Assembly: GCA_977020255.1 (NCBI GenBank)
Contig: CDROCS010003840.1
Coordinates: forward strand, 1-64,000
Direction: 5' to 3'
DNA: 64,000 nucleotides
From: Obrimoposthia wandeli
Lineage: Eukaryota
The notes beneath the pieces are model-generated. The model did not search any database, was not told the DNA's origin, and was given only the letters and a program-made list of their open reading frames with translations. A program made the position numbers and the translations under genes. This document shows positions 1 to 10,742 of this stretch, piece by piece (the first letter of the stretch is position 1; every line of letters begins with the position of its first letter).

Positions 1-528
1 ATCGCCAGAAAGATTACTGCTACAGCCACCTATATAGCCTCAACCCACACCGACAGTGAAATCAAATAGGCCTGCATGTTTACTGGCAGCAATGAATTCG
101 CCATCAAACAGCCCGATACCGCCAAAATCACGCACGTCAATGGCAGTTTCGGGTAGCCAGTAGCTTTCTTTTAAAAGACGAACTTTAAAATCAATGCCTT
201 TATCAGTGTATTTAGTGTCGCCACTGAAAGTGGGGTCATCACTGTAAAGAAGATCTTGCACCAAGGTGTAGCGAATAGTGGATTCTAACCAGGGTAATAA
301 TTGAAGAGATGCACTGTAATGCATATATTCATCGTTGTACGTTGCCCCAACGCTGAATTCACCTTCTGGTGCTGAACGCCCTGTCGGCATTTGGATCAAA
401 CCCACGCCGCCAAAATCTGACTGTGAAGGGGTTAATACGGTGTAGCTGTAGTCGTCGGCTTGCACATGCAGTACCGGTAGCATCGCCAATGTAATGGCAG
501 AGAGTGAGGTTTTTAAGACAGTATGCAT
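1..528 (-). pseudogene. yjbH: YjbH/GfcD-family outer-membrane protein, 5' part only (runs off the window), with an in-frame TGA at 40-42
   Basis: Signal peptide then SQSDFGGVGLIQMPTGR, a YjbH hallmark. The reverse strand reads G-V-G-TGA-G-Y-I-G where the family has GWGYxG, and the frame stays open after the TGA to the window edge. Confidence 0.85.
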
Positions 529-1396
529 TACAGTGCCCGATTCCTTAGCAGATTAATAATATCCTCGTTCAGCGTTTCAAACCCATCGGGTAGTGAAGAA
601 AAGCTTAAATACACAATCGCCCCTGGTGCAATATCGTGATGTTCACGATTCCAATACGCGATAGGGTGCTTTTCTACTGTGCCATCCGGTTGAATTACCC
701 AAGCATCACTATTATTGGCATTGCTGAGCGGTTTGGCTTGTTTCAGGTAAGCATTTGCATCAAACCGGTTTTGCCATTTTGCCCAGACAGGTTTTTCAAG
801 GGCTCCGAGCACTAAAATACGTTCAGGACGTGGCGGAAGAATGAGTGTGAGATCATCCGTAATCAGAGTGTTAGCCTGTTTGTTCAATCGCACATCGTCA
901 TAATCTAATGACGTGAAAATACGTTCACCAGTAGTGAGTTGTTCGATTTGTTGGCTTAAATTCAGTGCTGCTTGTTGTTGCTCATTTTGCCAATGCGTTG
1001 CTAATTGGTTGAGTTGGGTGACAACCGCGTGTTGCCGTGATGGGGAAGGTTTGAAGAAAGCCGCCCCGTCCACAAATGCTGTGGGTTTTGGTTTGACATC
1101 ATTCTTGCCAAGCAGCCGGCAAATGGGGTCAAGCTGTCTGATAATACTTGTTTTATGCGGACTGGCGCTGAATAACTCAGCTGCAGTTGACGCTCATGCT
1201 GTGATGATGTAGTCACATTGACTGCAAAGGGCTTAGCCTCTGTCGATGTAAGTGTGTTTGGATTCGAAATACTAGGCTTTGATGTATAAGCGGCCTGCGC
1301 ATAAGTAATAGAACAAAAACTAATAAGCGCGATCGGCAGTAGACGCCGTAATTGAGATCGCAATGAAAAGCGAGAAAATGATAAAAGTAAGGTCAT
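528..1396 (-). pseudogene. yjbG: YjbG/GfcC capsule biosynthesis protein split by a 1-nt frameshift
   Basis: Two overlapping ORFs (1001-1396 and 528-1073). Adding one base to the C4 run at 1064-1067 joins ...QHLWTG to AAFFKP.... The C-terminus has WVIQPDG and AYWN...IAPGAIVY, and the gene lies between yjbF and yjbH. Confidence 0.8.
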
Positions 1397-1408
1397 GATC
1401 GTCCGTGT

Positions 1409-2113
1409 TTATGAATAAGGCTTCAATAAAGTCATATTAATGAAAGGTAAGCCGGGCGCCAATTTTTGCTGGCTTTTTAGTACTTTCCCTGTTTTTCCAT
1501 CGATCCAAAATTGATTTTGGTAGTGGGTGTCTAGTGCGTCAATGGTGACAGATTCAATAAAATGCCAGGTTTCAACCGGGCGCTCATTGATCATAATGAC
1601 GGCATTGTCTTGGCGTGCAAACCGGGAGATTAATTGGTAACCAAAATGATAACCGGGTTGCCAATCAATACTACGCTGCCAGTGCATGGGGGTACTTGCG
1701 CGTTGTAAGCCTAAAACTAGCGGATCAGGCTGGTTACTGTGTGTTTCAATCAAATTCCCTTGAGGCAAGTTGAGGCTCTTAACTAATCGCCCGCCTTCCG
1801 TTACCAGCATCCCTTTATCGGATGATACCCATTTGAGTTGTGTTCTTTTGTTTGGGTTCTCTGGGGTTAATGGCAGAGCGGGTTCAGCCAAAGCCAATAC
1901 CATAAAAGCTTGTGGTCCATCGTCAACTTGCGCATAGAGGCTAGCGTAGGGCAAGCGTTGTACGTCATCACTGGCGAGTTCAGTATCGTTATCCCCAAAA
2001 AGGGCAACAGATAACGTATCGTTAACATCATTAAATTTTTGGCTACAGCCAGTAATGCCTGCAGACAGTAGAATCGTCAGTGTTAAAAGGGTAAAACGTT
2101 GAAATATCCGCAT
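1409..2113 (-). CDS. yjbF: YjbF/GfcB-family lipoprotein
   Basis: Lipobox ITGC, LPYASLYAQV and QFWIDGKTGKVLKSQQ motifs, and synteny. Confidence 0.88.
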   Translation of the reverse strand: MRIFQRFTLLTLTILLSAGITGCSQKFNDVNDTLSVALFGDNDTELASDDVQRLPYASLYAQVDDGPQAFMVLALAEPALPLTPENPNKRTQLKWVSSDKGMLVTEGGRLVKSLNLPQGNLIETHSNQPDPLVLGLQRASTPMHWQRSIDWQPGYHFGYQLISRFARQDNAVIMINERPVETWHFIESVTIDALDTHYQNQFWIDGKTGKVLKSQQKLAPGLPFINMTLLKPYS

Positions 2114-2277
2114 CCGAGCTGCTTATGTCCAAATTGGAAAAGTAAAGGGTACTGAAAGGGGGGTAGTCGCTACTGTGATCTAATTATTAGATAAAATAAC
2201 AACCGCACTCAAAAGTGCGATCATTAAATAACACAGCTGCTTTTATTCTTCTGTATTACTACACCGCAGACGATGTA

Positions 2278-2598
2278 TTAGCCTTGAGCGGCAGAAACAG
2301 AAGTTGTTGTGTTGTTGCTGCTACCTGAATCGGCTACAGCTACTGCTGCTACTGCTACTGCAACACCGGCTGCTACTGCTGTTGCCGTAATACCGCCAGC
2401 CGCTGCTGCTGTTGCGCCCGCTGTACCTGCCGCAGTACCCGTAGATGCTGTAGTTGTACCCGCTGTTGCAGCCGTACTTGTAGATGCTGATGTACCTGTA
2501 GTACCTGTAGTACCAGCAGTAGTACCTGTTTCAGTTGCAGCAAACGCAGAGCTCGCCATAGTCATTGCTGCTAATAACGCAATTGTTGTCTTCTTCAT
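2278..2598 (-). CDS. yjbE: YjbE/GfcA-like small secreted Thr/Ala-rich protein
   Basis: MKKT signal peptide, a T/A/G low-complexity body and a hydrophobic AVAAGVAVAVAAV tail. First gene of the yjbEFGH order. Confidence 0.8.
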   Translation of the reverse strand: MKKTTIALLAAMTMASSAFAATETGTTAGTTGTTGTSASTSTAATAGTTTASTGTAAGTAGATAAAAGGITATAVAAGVAVAVAAVAVADSGSSNNTTTSVSAAQG

Positions 2599-3050
2599 CC
2601 TAATTCCCTTATTTGTAAAAAATTATAAAATTATCAAAAGATCAAAGGTAATCTTCCTATTAATGATATGGGGATATGTAGTCAATGGCAATCAATCCTT
2701 AAAAATGTAATGAAATCATTTTTAAGTAGCTAGGCAAAACGTCATATTGTTAATTTTAAAGTGAATTGATAGAGCCGTTAATGTTAATTTGAGGTTTATT
2801 TACGATTTAGAGAGTTTGATCGCAACGCTTACTTGATAGATATAAATTGATTTCTATTTAACTATATTAAGTGTAAAATACAGCTCGATTTCATATGAGA
2901 GTTGATTTTTTTATCTACTTTTATATATAGCGATGATCGTACCATTCGGTCAATAAGTAGCGTTTAACAGCACTACCTTCGTTACAACATCAACAGTAAA
3001 GCAAGCGCTTAAAGACAAGCGCTAAATGCTTTGTCGCGGCGTCATATAAG

Positions 3051-3085
3051 CACATTGGGAGCTGAAACCTAAGGGCGGTAGCATG
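3051..3085 (+). promoter_or_regulatory. JUMPstart element containing the ops site (RfaH loading site)
   Basis: CACATTGGGAGCTGAAACCTAAGGGCGGTAGCATG, with the ops core GGCGGTAG at 3074-3081, about 135 nt upstream of wza. Confidence 0.85.
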
Positions 3086-3220
3086 GAAAAATCCATCAAT
3101 GTGCCTTATTCAAGATGATACTATCAATATAGGCTAATTTTCAGGAACGAAGCCTTAGCATCGTTTCACCCTTTGCTGCATCTGCAGTCCATCCATTTTT
3201 TAAGATTGAATTTATAGCAT

Positions 3221-4357
3221 ATGGATTTCACTAAGAAACTGCTCATTGCCGTTATGGCCTCGACCATGCTGGTAGGCTGTACCGTGCCTGGTTCACACTT
3301 AACGGTTGATGATAAAAATATTGTTGTCTCTAATCAGTCACAAAATAGCGATGTTAGCGATCAGGTTAATGTTTACCCTCTAACGGCAAATGCCGTTAAT
3401 CAATTTAAAGCCCCAGCGATTTTTTCTAAAACAAACCCTAGTTTAGATGCAGAAATTGTGCGTTATCAATATCTTATTGGTCCTGGTGATATTTTGAATA
3501 TTACGATTTGGGATCACCCTGAATTGACGATTCCAGCTGGTTCTTACCGAAGTTCTGAAGAATCGGGTAATTGGGTGCACGCCGACGGCACCATTTTTTA
3601 CCCCTATATCGGGTTGGTAAGAGTGGAAGGCAAAACGGTGACGGAAATTCGCACCGTAGTCGCGGAACGTTTGGCTGAATTCATTGAAAGCCCTCAAGTG
3701 GATGTCAATGTTGCTTCTTTTCGCTCGCAAAAATCGTATATAACAGGGGAAGTAAATACCCCAGGTCAACAGCCTATTACCAATGTACCGTTAACACTGC
3801 TTGATGCAATTAATCGCGCAGAGGGGCTAGCTGAAGATGCTGATTGGCGCAACATCACCTTAACGCGCAATGGCAAAGAAGAAAATCTATCTCTCTATGC
3901 TTTAATGCAACGTGGTGATTTAACTCAAAACCGATTACTGCGTGCTGGTGATATCATTCACGTGCCTCGTAACGATGCACAAAAAGTGTTTGTTATGGGT
4001 GAAGTGAACGATCCTAAATTACTTAAAATAGATCGTGCAGGCATGAGCCTGACTGAAGCGTTGAGTAATGTGGGTGGTATTAATGAATTATCTGCTGATG
4101 CAACTGGAGTTTTTGTTATTCGAAGCAAGAAAAAAACGGCAGAGAACGACCCTATTATTGCTGATATTTATCAGCTGAATATCCAAGAAGCGTCAGCTCT
4201 AGTGATCGGTACAGAGTTTGAATTACAGCCATACGATATTGTATATGTCACGGCAGCGCCATTAACGCGCTGGAATCGTGTAATTGCTCAGCTTATTCCA
4301 ACCATAAGTGGATTTAATGATCTTACTGAAGGTGTATTACGGGTTAGGAATTGGTAA
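3221..4357 (+). CDS. wza: Polysaccharide export outer-membrane lipoprotein Wza
   Basis: Lipobox LVGC, YLIGPGDILNITIWDHPELT (PES domain), SLBB repeats, C-terminal RWNRVIAQLIPTI. Confidence 0.97.
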   Translation: MDFTKKLLIAVMASTMLVGCTVPGSHLTVDDKNIVVSNQSQNSDVSDQVNVYPLTANAVNQFKAPAIFSKTNPSLDAEIVRYQYLIGPGDILNITIWDHPELTIPAGSYRSSEESGNWVHADGTIFYPYIGLVRVEGKTVTEIRTVVAERLAEFIESPQVDVNVASFRSQKSYITGEVNTPGQQPITNVPLTLLDAINRAEGLAEDADWRNITLTRNGKEENLSLYALMQRGDLTQNRLLRAGDIIHVPRNDAQKVFVMGEVNDPKLLKIDRAGMSLTEALSNVGGINELSADATGVFVIRSKKKTAENDPIIADIYQLNIQEASALVIGTEFELQPYDIVYVTAAPLTRWNRVIAQLIPTISGFNDLTEGVLRVRNW

Positions 4358-4362
4358 AACTT

Positions 4363-4806
4363 ATGTTCAATAAAATTCTTGTTGTCTGCGTTGGTAACAT
4401 TTGCCGCTCACCATCTGGCGAATATTTACTAAAGCAACACTTACCCAACAAAACGATTAACTCGGCAGGTGTTGCAACTGCCAAAAGTGGTTTAAGTGGT
4501 AAACCTGCCGATAAAATGGCGAATACGGTTGCGCAAGAGCACGGTTATTCATTGGATGCCCACCAAGCGCAACAATTAACCCCCGAGTTGTGTCGTGATC
4601 ATGACCTAATTTTAGTCATGGAGAAAGGGCACATTGACGCTGTTACTCATATAGCACCTGAAGCTAGAGGCAAAACAATGCTCTTTGGGCAATGGATAGG
4701 GCAGCAAGATATTCCCGACCCATACCGTCAAAGTAGAGAAGCCTTTGATCATGCGTATATGTTAATTGAGCAAGCCGCTAATGCATGGGTAGCTAAACTG
4801 AAATAG
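4363..4806 (+). CDS. wzb: Low-molecular-weight protein tyrosine phosphatase Wzb
   Basis: CVGNICRS (CX5R) and DIPDPY motifs. The ATG at 4363 is preferred over the upstream TTG. Confidence 0.96.
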   Translation: MFNKILVVCVGNICRSPSGEYLLKQHLPNKTINSAGVATAKSGLSGKPADKMANTVAQEHGYSLDAHQAQQLTPELCRDHDLILVMEKGHIDAVTHIAPEARGKTMLFGQWIGQQDIPDPYRQSREAFDHAYMLIEQAANAWVAKLK

Positions 4807-4892
4807 TGTGAATGTGAAGTATTGCTTTTGCGGTACTCATTTCAAGTAAAAACTTTGGCCTTCGGCCCCTTACGACCGAGCAATCTATTATC

Positions 4893-7061
4893 ATGAGCGT
4901 TACGCATAATTTACCCGAAAAAAATACCTCCTCTTCTGACGAAATCGATTTAGGCAAATTGTTCGGCATTTTGGTCGATAATCGTTGGTCTATTATTCTA
5001 ATTACCTTTGTGTTTGCCGTGGTTGGTGTGGCGTATGCGCTATTAGCAACACCTGTCTATAAAGCTGATGCACTAATCCAAGTAGAACAAAAAAGCAGTG
5101 GTATGCCAGCCCTTGGTGATATGGGTGAAATGTTTGGTAGTGAATCATCATCAACGACTGAAATTGAAATAATTAAATCACGAATGATCATTGGGAAAAC
5201 GGTTGATAAGTTAAACCTCACGACGGTTTCCAAACCACAATATATGCCAGTTATCGGCAAAGGTTTAGCCCGATTACAAGGTGCTTCGATTGAACTTGAT
5301 GTCAGCCGTTTTGAGATTCCTGCACATGTACTAAAATCTGCGTACACCTTGGTTGTAACTGATAGTGACAATGGTCAGTACGTATTAATCGATGCTGAAG
5401 ATCGTGAAGTATTAACGGGTAAAGTAGGTGAACTTGCTATGCAAGGCGATTACCGTTTATTTGTTACTTCTATCAATGCTGAAACAGGAACGACGTTTAA
5501 AATTGCTAAACGTAAACGTTTAGATGCAATACAGAAATTACAGAAAAACCTTTCAGTGAGTGAGCGTGGTAAAAAAACGGGTATTCTAGAGCTGTCTTTA
5601 ACGGGTGAAAACCGGAAAGATATTGAACGTATTTTAAATAATATTAGCCAAAATTATTTTTTACAAAACGTAGAGCGTAATTCTGCGGAAGCTGAAAATA
5701 GTTTGGAATTTTTACGTTCTCATCTTCCGGATATAAAAATTGAATTAACTTCAGCTGAAGATAAGCTTAACCGTTTTCGTCAAGATAATGACTCGATCGA
5801 TTTAGGGCTTGAAGCGAAATCAACCTTGGAAGTCATGGTAACGCTAGAAGCACAGTTAAATGAACTGACCTTTAAAGAAAGCGAAGTTTCTCAGCGTTTC
5901 ACTAAAGAACACCCAGCTTATCTGTCGTTATTAGATAAGCGTAAAACCTTATTAGGTGAGCGCGAAAGGTTAAATCGCCAAGTACAAAAATTACCGAAAA
6001 CGCAACGTGAAGTTCTGCGTATGACGCGTGATGTAGAAGTAAATCAGCAAATTTACGTGCAACTACTGAATAAAGTGCAAGAGTTGAACATTGTTAAAGC
6101 CAGCACGGTAGGTAATGTACGTATTCTAGATGCAGCTCAATCTTATACCCGTGCAGTAAAACCAAAGAAGCCGTTGATTGTGGTATTAGCCACTTTACTC
6201 GGTGGTATGCTGGCAGTGGCCATTGCACTATTACGCGCAGTGTTCAATCGTGGGGTCGAAAACCCAGATGATGTTGAAGCTATTGGTTTACCCGTTTATG
6301 CAAGTATCCCAATGTCTGATTGGCAGGTTGAGTTAGATAAAAAGATCCAAAATAAGAAAATAAAAACAGTTAATGAAACCTTATTAACCGTTTCAAACCC
6401 TGCTGATTTATCAGTAGAGGCACTACGTAGCCTACGTACTAGCTTACATTTTGCGATGATGGAAGCAAAAAATAATATATTAATGATATCGGGCCCTAGC
6501 CCAAGTATTGGTAAGTCTTTCGTTTCTGCCAATATGGGGGCTGTAGTTGCGAAAGCGGGGCAACGTGTTTTAGTCATTGATGCCGATATGCGTAAAGGCC
6601 AAATGGAGCGCCAAATGGCAGTCTCGAATAAGACAGGATTGTCTGACTATCTATCTGGTCAAATGAGCATTGAAGGTATCATTAAAGAACCGGGTGTTGA
6701 AAACTTGCACTTTATTAGTCGTGGTGATGTGCCACCTAACCCATCAGAGTTGCTGTTGCACCCCCGTTTTCAAGCGTTAATAGAATGGGCATCTGCGAAT
6801 TACGATATGGTTATTATTGACACGCCACCAATTCTTGCGGTTACCGATGCTGCGATTGTTGGCGCGCATGCCGGTACAACCTTTATGGTGGGACGATTTG
6901 GTCAGAATGCAGTTAAAGAAATTGAAGTTGCAAAGCAGCGGTTTGAGAAAAATGGTATTGAAGTGAAAGGCTTTATTTTAAATGCTGTAGTTCGTAAAGC
7001 GAGCAGTTATTACGGTGGGAACTATGGTTATTATAATTATAGTTACGAATCGAAAAAATAA
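4893..7061 (+). CDS. wzc: Tyrosine-protein kinase Wzc
   Basis: DEIDL N-terminus, two TM segments, Walker A GPSPSIGKS, IIDTPP, C-terminal Tyr cluster YYGGNYGYYNYSY. Confidence 0.97.
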   Translation: MSVTHNLPEKNTSSSDEIDLGKLFGILVDNRWSIILITFVFAVVGVAYALLATPVYKADALIQVEQKSSGMPALGDMGEMFGSESSSTTEIEIIKSRMIIGKTVDKLNLTTVSKPQYMPVIGKGLARLQGASIELDVSRFEIPAHVLKSAYTLVVTDSDNGQYVLIDAEDREVLTGKVGELAMQGDYRLFVTSINAETGTTFKIAKRKRLDAIQKLQKNLSVSERGKKTGILELSLTGENRKDIERILNNISQNYFLQNVERNSAEAENSLEFLRSHLPDIKIELTSAEDKLNRFRQDNDSIDLGLEAKSTLEVMVTLEAQLNELTFKESEVSQRFTKEHPAYLSLLDKRKTLLGERERLNRQVQKLPKTQREVLRMTRDVEVNQQIYVQLLNKVQELNIVKASTVGNVRILDAAQSYTRAVKPKKPLIVVLATLLGGMLAVAIALLRAVFNRGVENPDDVEAIGLPVYASIPMSDWQVELDKKIQNKKIKTVNETLLTVSNPADLSVEALRSLRTSLHFAMMEAKNNILMISGPSPSIGKSFVSANMGAVVAKAGQRVLVIDADMRKGQMERQMAVSNKTGLSDYLSGQMSIEGIIKEPGVENLHFISRGDVPPNPSELLLHPRFQALIEWASANYDMVIIDTPPILAVTDAAIVGAHAGTTFMVGRFGQNAVKEIEVAKQRFEKNGIEVKGFILNAVVRKASSYYGGNYGYYNYSYESKK

Positions 7062-7087
7062 TAATTATATCTAATAAACTTAAAGTT

Positions 7088-7120
7088 AAAGGTGCTGTAT
7101 TTTATATCGCACCTTTATTT
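7088..7120 (+). terminator. Possible intrinsic terminator after wzc
   Basis: AAAGGTGC / GCACCTTT stem, long loop, weak T tract. Confidence 0.45.
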
Positions 7121-7292
7121 ATCGCTATAAAGCTGCAGGGAAATCGCATGAAGGTGCCCGTATTTAAAGGGCTAAAGTCTAATTGTAATATTCATGATTT
7201 ACGATTATTTTCGTAACATTAATCACGTTATTGTTAATTCTTAAGGGATCAATTTGTAGATCATTTTCATTGTTTTCTAATGGTTCTGTATT

Positions 7293-8599
7293 CAGGGCAA
7301 GATCATGAAGACCCCTTATTCTGAAAGGGCTCAGCCACTGTTGAAATTTAATTAAAACTACCGTTTACTGCACAAAACTGCAATCCCTATTAGGATCAAT
7401 TTGACGATCTATATCATCTGTGATCATATACTTATCTTTAGGTATATGGACATCACTCATGAACGGACTTAGCCTTTTGGATCATATTTCAATAATCAAA
7501 GACCCACGGCAACAGTGGAAAATAGAACACAAATTGACAGACATTATATTTCTGTCGATTGTTGCTGTTATTGGTGGTGCTGATGGTTGGGAAGAAATAC
7601 AAGATTTTGGTGAAGACCACCTTGATTGGCTCAAGCAATATGGCGATTTCGAGAGTGGCATTCCCGTCCATGACACTATTGCTAGAGTGATGGGGATGAT
7701 ATCAGCCAAACAGATGCAAAAGTGCTTTGCTCTGTGGATGGATGACTGTCACCAAGCGACTGACGGTGATGTCATTGCGATTGATGGTAAAACTCTGCGT
7801 GGCACTTATGACAAAGGAAGGCGTCAAGGCGCAATCCACATGGTGAGTGCTTTTAGTGCTGCAAATCAAGTGGTTATTGGGCAGGTCAAAACATCAGAGA
7901 AATCGAATGAAATCACTGCTATACCTGAGCTTCTGAAGCTACTCGACATACGAGGATGCCTTGTCACTATTGATGCGATGGGCTGTCAGCGTGATATAGC
8001 TAAGGCTATAGTTGGCAAAGGTGCAGATTATTTATTGGCGGTAAAAGGTAATCAAAAGCGCTTAGAGAAAGCCTTTAATGACTACTTTAGAATGGAGATG
8101 CTGCAAAACTTCGAAGGAAGCTCATACAGTACTCAGGAAGAAGGGCATGGTCGTAAAGAAACCCGCGTAGCGTTAGTTAATGAAGATTTATCGGTACTAG
8201 GCGATATTGCTTATGATTGGCCAGAATTAAAAGTAATGGGTATCGTTGCATCTATTAGGCAAGTTGGAGATATTCCCGCAGAGGACATATCGATTCGATA
8301 TTACATTAGCTCTAAGAAACAAGATGCAAAAACGTTGCTTGAATCCAGCCGCTCACATTGGTCGATTGAGGTTCAATTGCATTGGAAACTGGATGTAGGC
8401 ATGAATGAAGATGCATGCAGAATAAGGCGAGATGAAGCGGGTGAAAACTTTGCGGCAATTCGTCATATTGCATTAAATCTATTAAATGCAGATAAATCCT
8501 TTAAAGCGGGTTTAAAAAGAAAGCGAACACGGGCAGGTAGAAATGATAGCTACCTATCTGGAGTCCTTATGGGGCAAGGAGCTTCGTAATCTTGCCCTG
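7293..8599 (+). mobile_element. ISAs1-family (H-repeat/IS1358-like) insertion sequence, complete copy
   Basis: Left IR CAGGGCAAGATCATGAAG at 7293 and right IR CTTCGTAATCTTGCCCTG ending at 8599 bracket a transposase. No flanking target duplication was seen. Confidence 0.93.
7459..8589 (+). CDS. ISAs1-family DDE transposase
   Basis: [58 protein letters not shown] motifs. Confidence 0.96.
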   Translation: MNGLSLLDHISIIKDPRQQWKIEHKLTDIIFLSIVAVIGGADGWEEIQDFGEDHLDWLKQYGDFESGIPVHDTIARVMGMISAKQMQKCFALWMDDCHQATDGDVIAIDGKTLRGTYDKGRRQGAIHMVSAFSAANQVVIGQVKTSEKSNEITAIPELLKLLDIRGCLVTIDAMGCQRDIAKAIVGKGADYLLAVKGNQKRLEKAFNDYFRMEMLQNFEGSSYSTQEEGHGRKETRVALVNEDLSVLGDIAYDWPELKVMGIVASIRQVGDIPAEDISIRYYISSKKQDAKTLLESSRSHWSIEVQLHWKLDVGMNEDACRIRRDEAGENFAAIRHIALNLLNADKSFKAGLKRKRTRAGRNDSYLSGVLMGQGAS

Positions 8600-9477
8600 G
8601 TGCTTTGCTCTGTGGATGGATGACTGTCACCAAGCGACTGACGGTGATGTCATTGCGATTGATGGTAAAACTCTGCGTGGCACTTATGTCAAAGGAAGGC
8701 GTCAAGGCGCAATCCACATGGTGAGTGGTTTTAGTGCTGAAAATCAAGTGGTTATTGGGCAGGTCAAAACATCAGCGAAATCGAATGAAATCAATGCTAT
8801 ACCTGAGTTTTAAGCTACCTGACATACGTGGATGCCTTGTCACCATTGATGCGATGGGTTGTCAGCGTGATATAGCTAGTTAAGGCTATAGCTGGCGTAT
8901 GCGATTTATTTATTGGCGGTAAAAGGTAATCAAAAGCGCTTAGATAAAGCTTTTAATGACTACTTTAGAATGGAAATGCTGCAAAACTACGAAGGAAGCT
9001 CATACAGTACTCAGGAAGAAGGACATGGTCGTAAAGAAACCCGCGTAGCGTTAGTTAATGAAGATTTATCGGTACTGGGTGATATTGCTTATGATTGGCC
9101 AGAATTAAAAGTAATGGGTATCGTTGCATCTATTAGGCAAGTTGGAGATATTTCCGCAGAGGACATATCGATTCGATATTACATTAGCTCTAAGAAACTA
9201 GATGCAAAAACGTTGCTTGAATCCAGCCGCTCACATTGGTCGATTGAGGTTCAATTGCATTGGAAACTGGATGTAGGCATGAATGAAGATGCATGCAGAA
9301 TAAGGCGAGATGAAGCGGGTGAAAACTTTGCGGCAATTCGTCATATTGCATTAAATCTATTAAATGCAGATAAATCCTTTTAAAAGCGGGTTTAAAAGAA
9401 AAGAACATGGCAGGTAGAAATGATAGCTACCTATCTGGAGTCCTTATGGGGCAAGGAGCTTCGTAATCTTGCCCCTG
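8600..9477 (+). mobile_element. Truncated, frameshifted second ISAs1 copy in direct tandem
   Basis: 8600-9477 repeats 7722-8599 and ends in the same right IR (with one extra C). It carries several indels and substitutions. Confidence 0.92.
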
Positions 9478-9622
9478 ATATTCATGCGTTTTCGTGCGGG
9501 TATAAGCAATAATAGTTCCCAAACCTGTTATAAAATGATGGATAACCGTATTGCCTTCTTCTTTCTTATAAGTAAGGGACATAATATTCATTGCAATTAA
9601 TAAATATAATTTAGAGTTTGAA

Positions 9623-10729
9623 ATGAAAAATAAAATAATAACCATATTGAAATTAATAAAATTTGCTTTTCGATCGTCAATTATAGAAAACAAAAAAAGT
9701 AGAGTGCTGCCCAAAGTAATCCAATTACCAATTACCTATGAGTGCGATAGTCGGTGTGTAATGTGTAATATCTGGAAAATGGATCACAGTAATGAGGCGG
9801 ATGTAAATGAATTTGAGACGTTTATACTTGATGATTTATTTAGTGAAGTAGAAGCAATTGGAATTAATGGAGGTGAGGTATCGTTAGTTCCAGAATTAGA
9901 TAGGTATGTAGATAAATGTTTTACTTAAAAAATAATAAACAAATCAATATTATCAGTAATGGATTTAGAACTAAAGTTTTACTAAATCAACTTGAGGTGA
10001 TTTATAAACTTTGTAAAGCGAAGAATGTAGTATTTCATGTTTCAATTTCACTTGATGGATATGAAAAAGTTCATGACGAAATTAGAGGTATTCGTGGCGC
10101 CTATCGAAAAGCTAAATTAACGATCGACGAACTGATTAATAGTAAAAATAGATATTGTGATAGTTTTGATATTGGTTGCACCGTAATCAATCAAAATGTA
10201 AATCACTTAGTTTCATTTGACTATTATGTGAAAACACAAATTACCGGTAAGATATAGACTCGGTATAGAAAATGAAAGAATTAATAATTCAAATATTCTT
10301 AAAGATTTTTCAGTAACAATAAATGACAACAATCAAACTGCAATGGAGTTTTTCCACAAAAAATTTAATGAAGAGAAATTACAGAACATATACCAAAAGT
10401 TTAAATATTTTTCTGTCTATTATTGGTTGTTGAATGAATCTAAAAAAAGATTGATGGGATGTGCTTGGAAAAGCGAAGGAGTGACATTAGACTCTAGAGG
10501 TGACATGTTTTATTGTGCTGTGAAAAGTGAAAAAATAGGTTCCTTAAGAGAAAATAACGGAAAGTCAATTTTCCTTGATAGTAAAAATATTGACTATAGA
10601 GAGTATATAATCGATAACCATTGTAATAATTGCACTCATGATTATCATGGAGTTAAAAGTTATTTGAAAAGTTATTATTTTTATGAAGAAATATTTAAAA
10701 CAATTTTGTCAAATAAGATATATAGTTAA
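9623..10729 (+). pseudogene. Radical SAM protein with a C-terminal SPASM/twitch-like Cys cluster; frameshifted as given
   Basis: CDSRCVMC (CxxxCxxC) at 9743-9766, INGGE, SISLDG..HD.IRG..GAY, then GC..G.TLDSRGDMFYC...IGSL and CNNC. Spread over three frames. Confidence 0.85.
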
Positions 10730-10742
10730 AAGTGAAATTGCT

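Noticed and set aside
40-42. TGA in yjbH as recoded Trp or selenocysteine
   Set aside because: All other genes use the standard code with TGA as a stop, the position is a Trp site, and no SECIS-like hairpin is evident.
2309-2710. 133-aa Ala/Val-rich ORF on the + strand
   Set aside because: Antisense shadow of the low-complexity yjbE gene.
7188-7196. ATATTCATG matches the 9 nt after the second ISAs1 right end (possible target duplication)
   Set aside because: It lies about 95 nt from the left IR rather than abutting it, and the DNA is AT-rich, so chance cannot be excluded.
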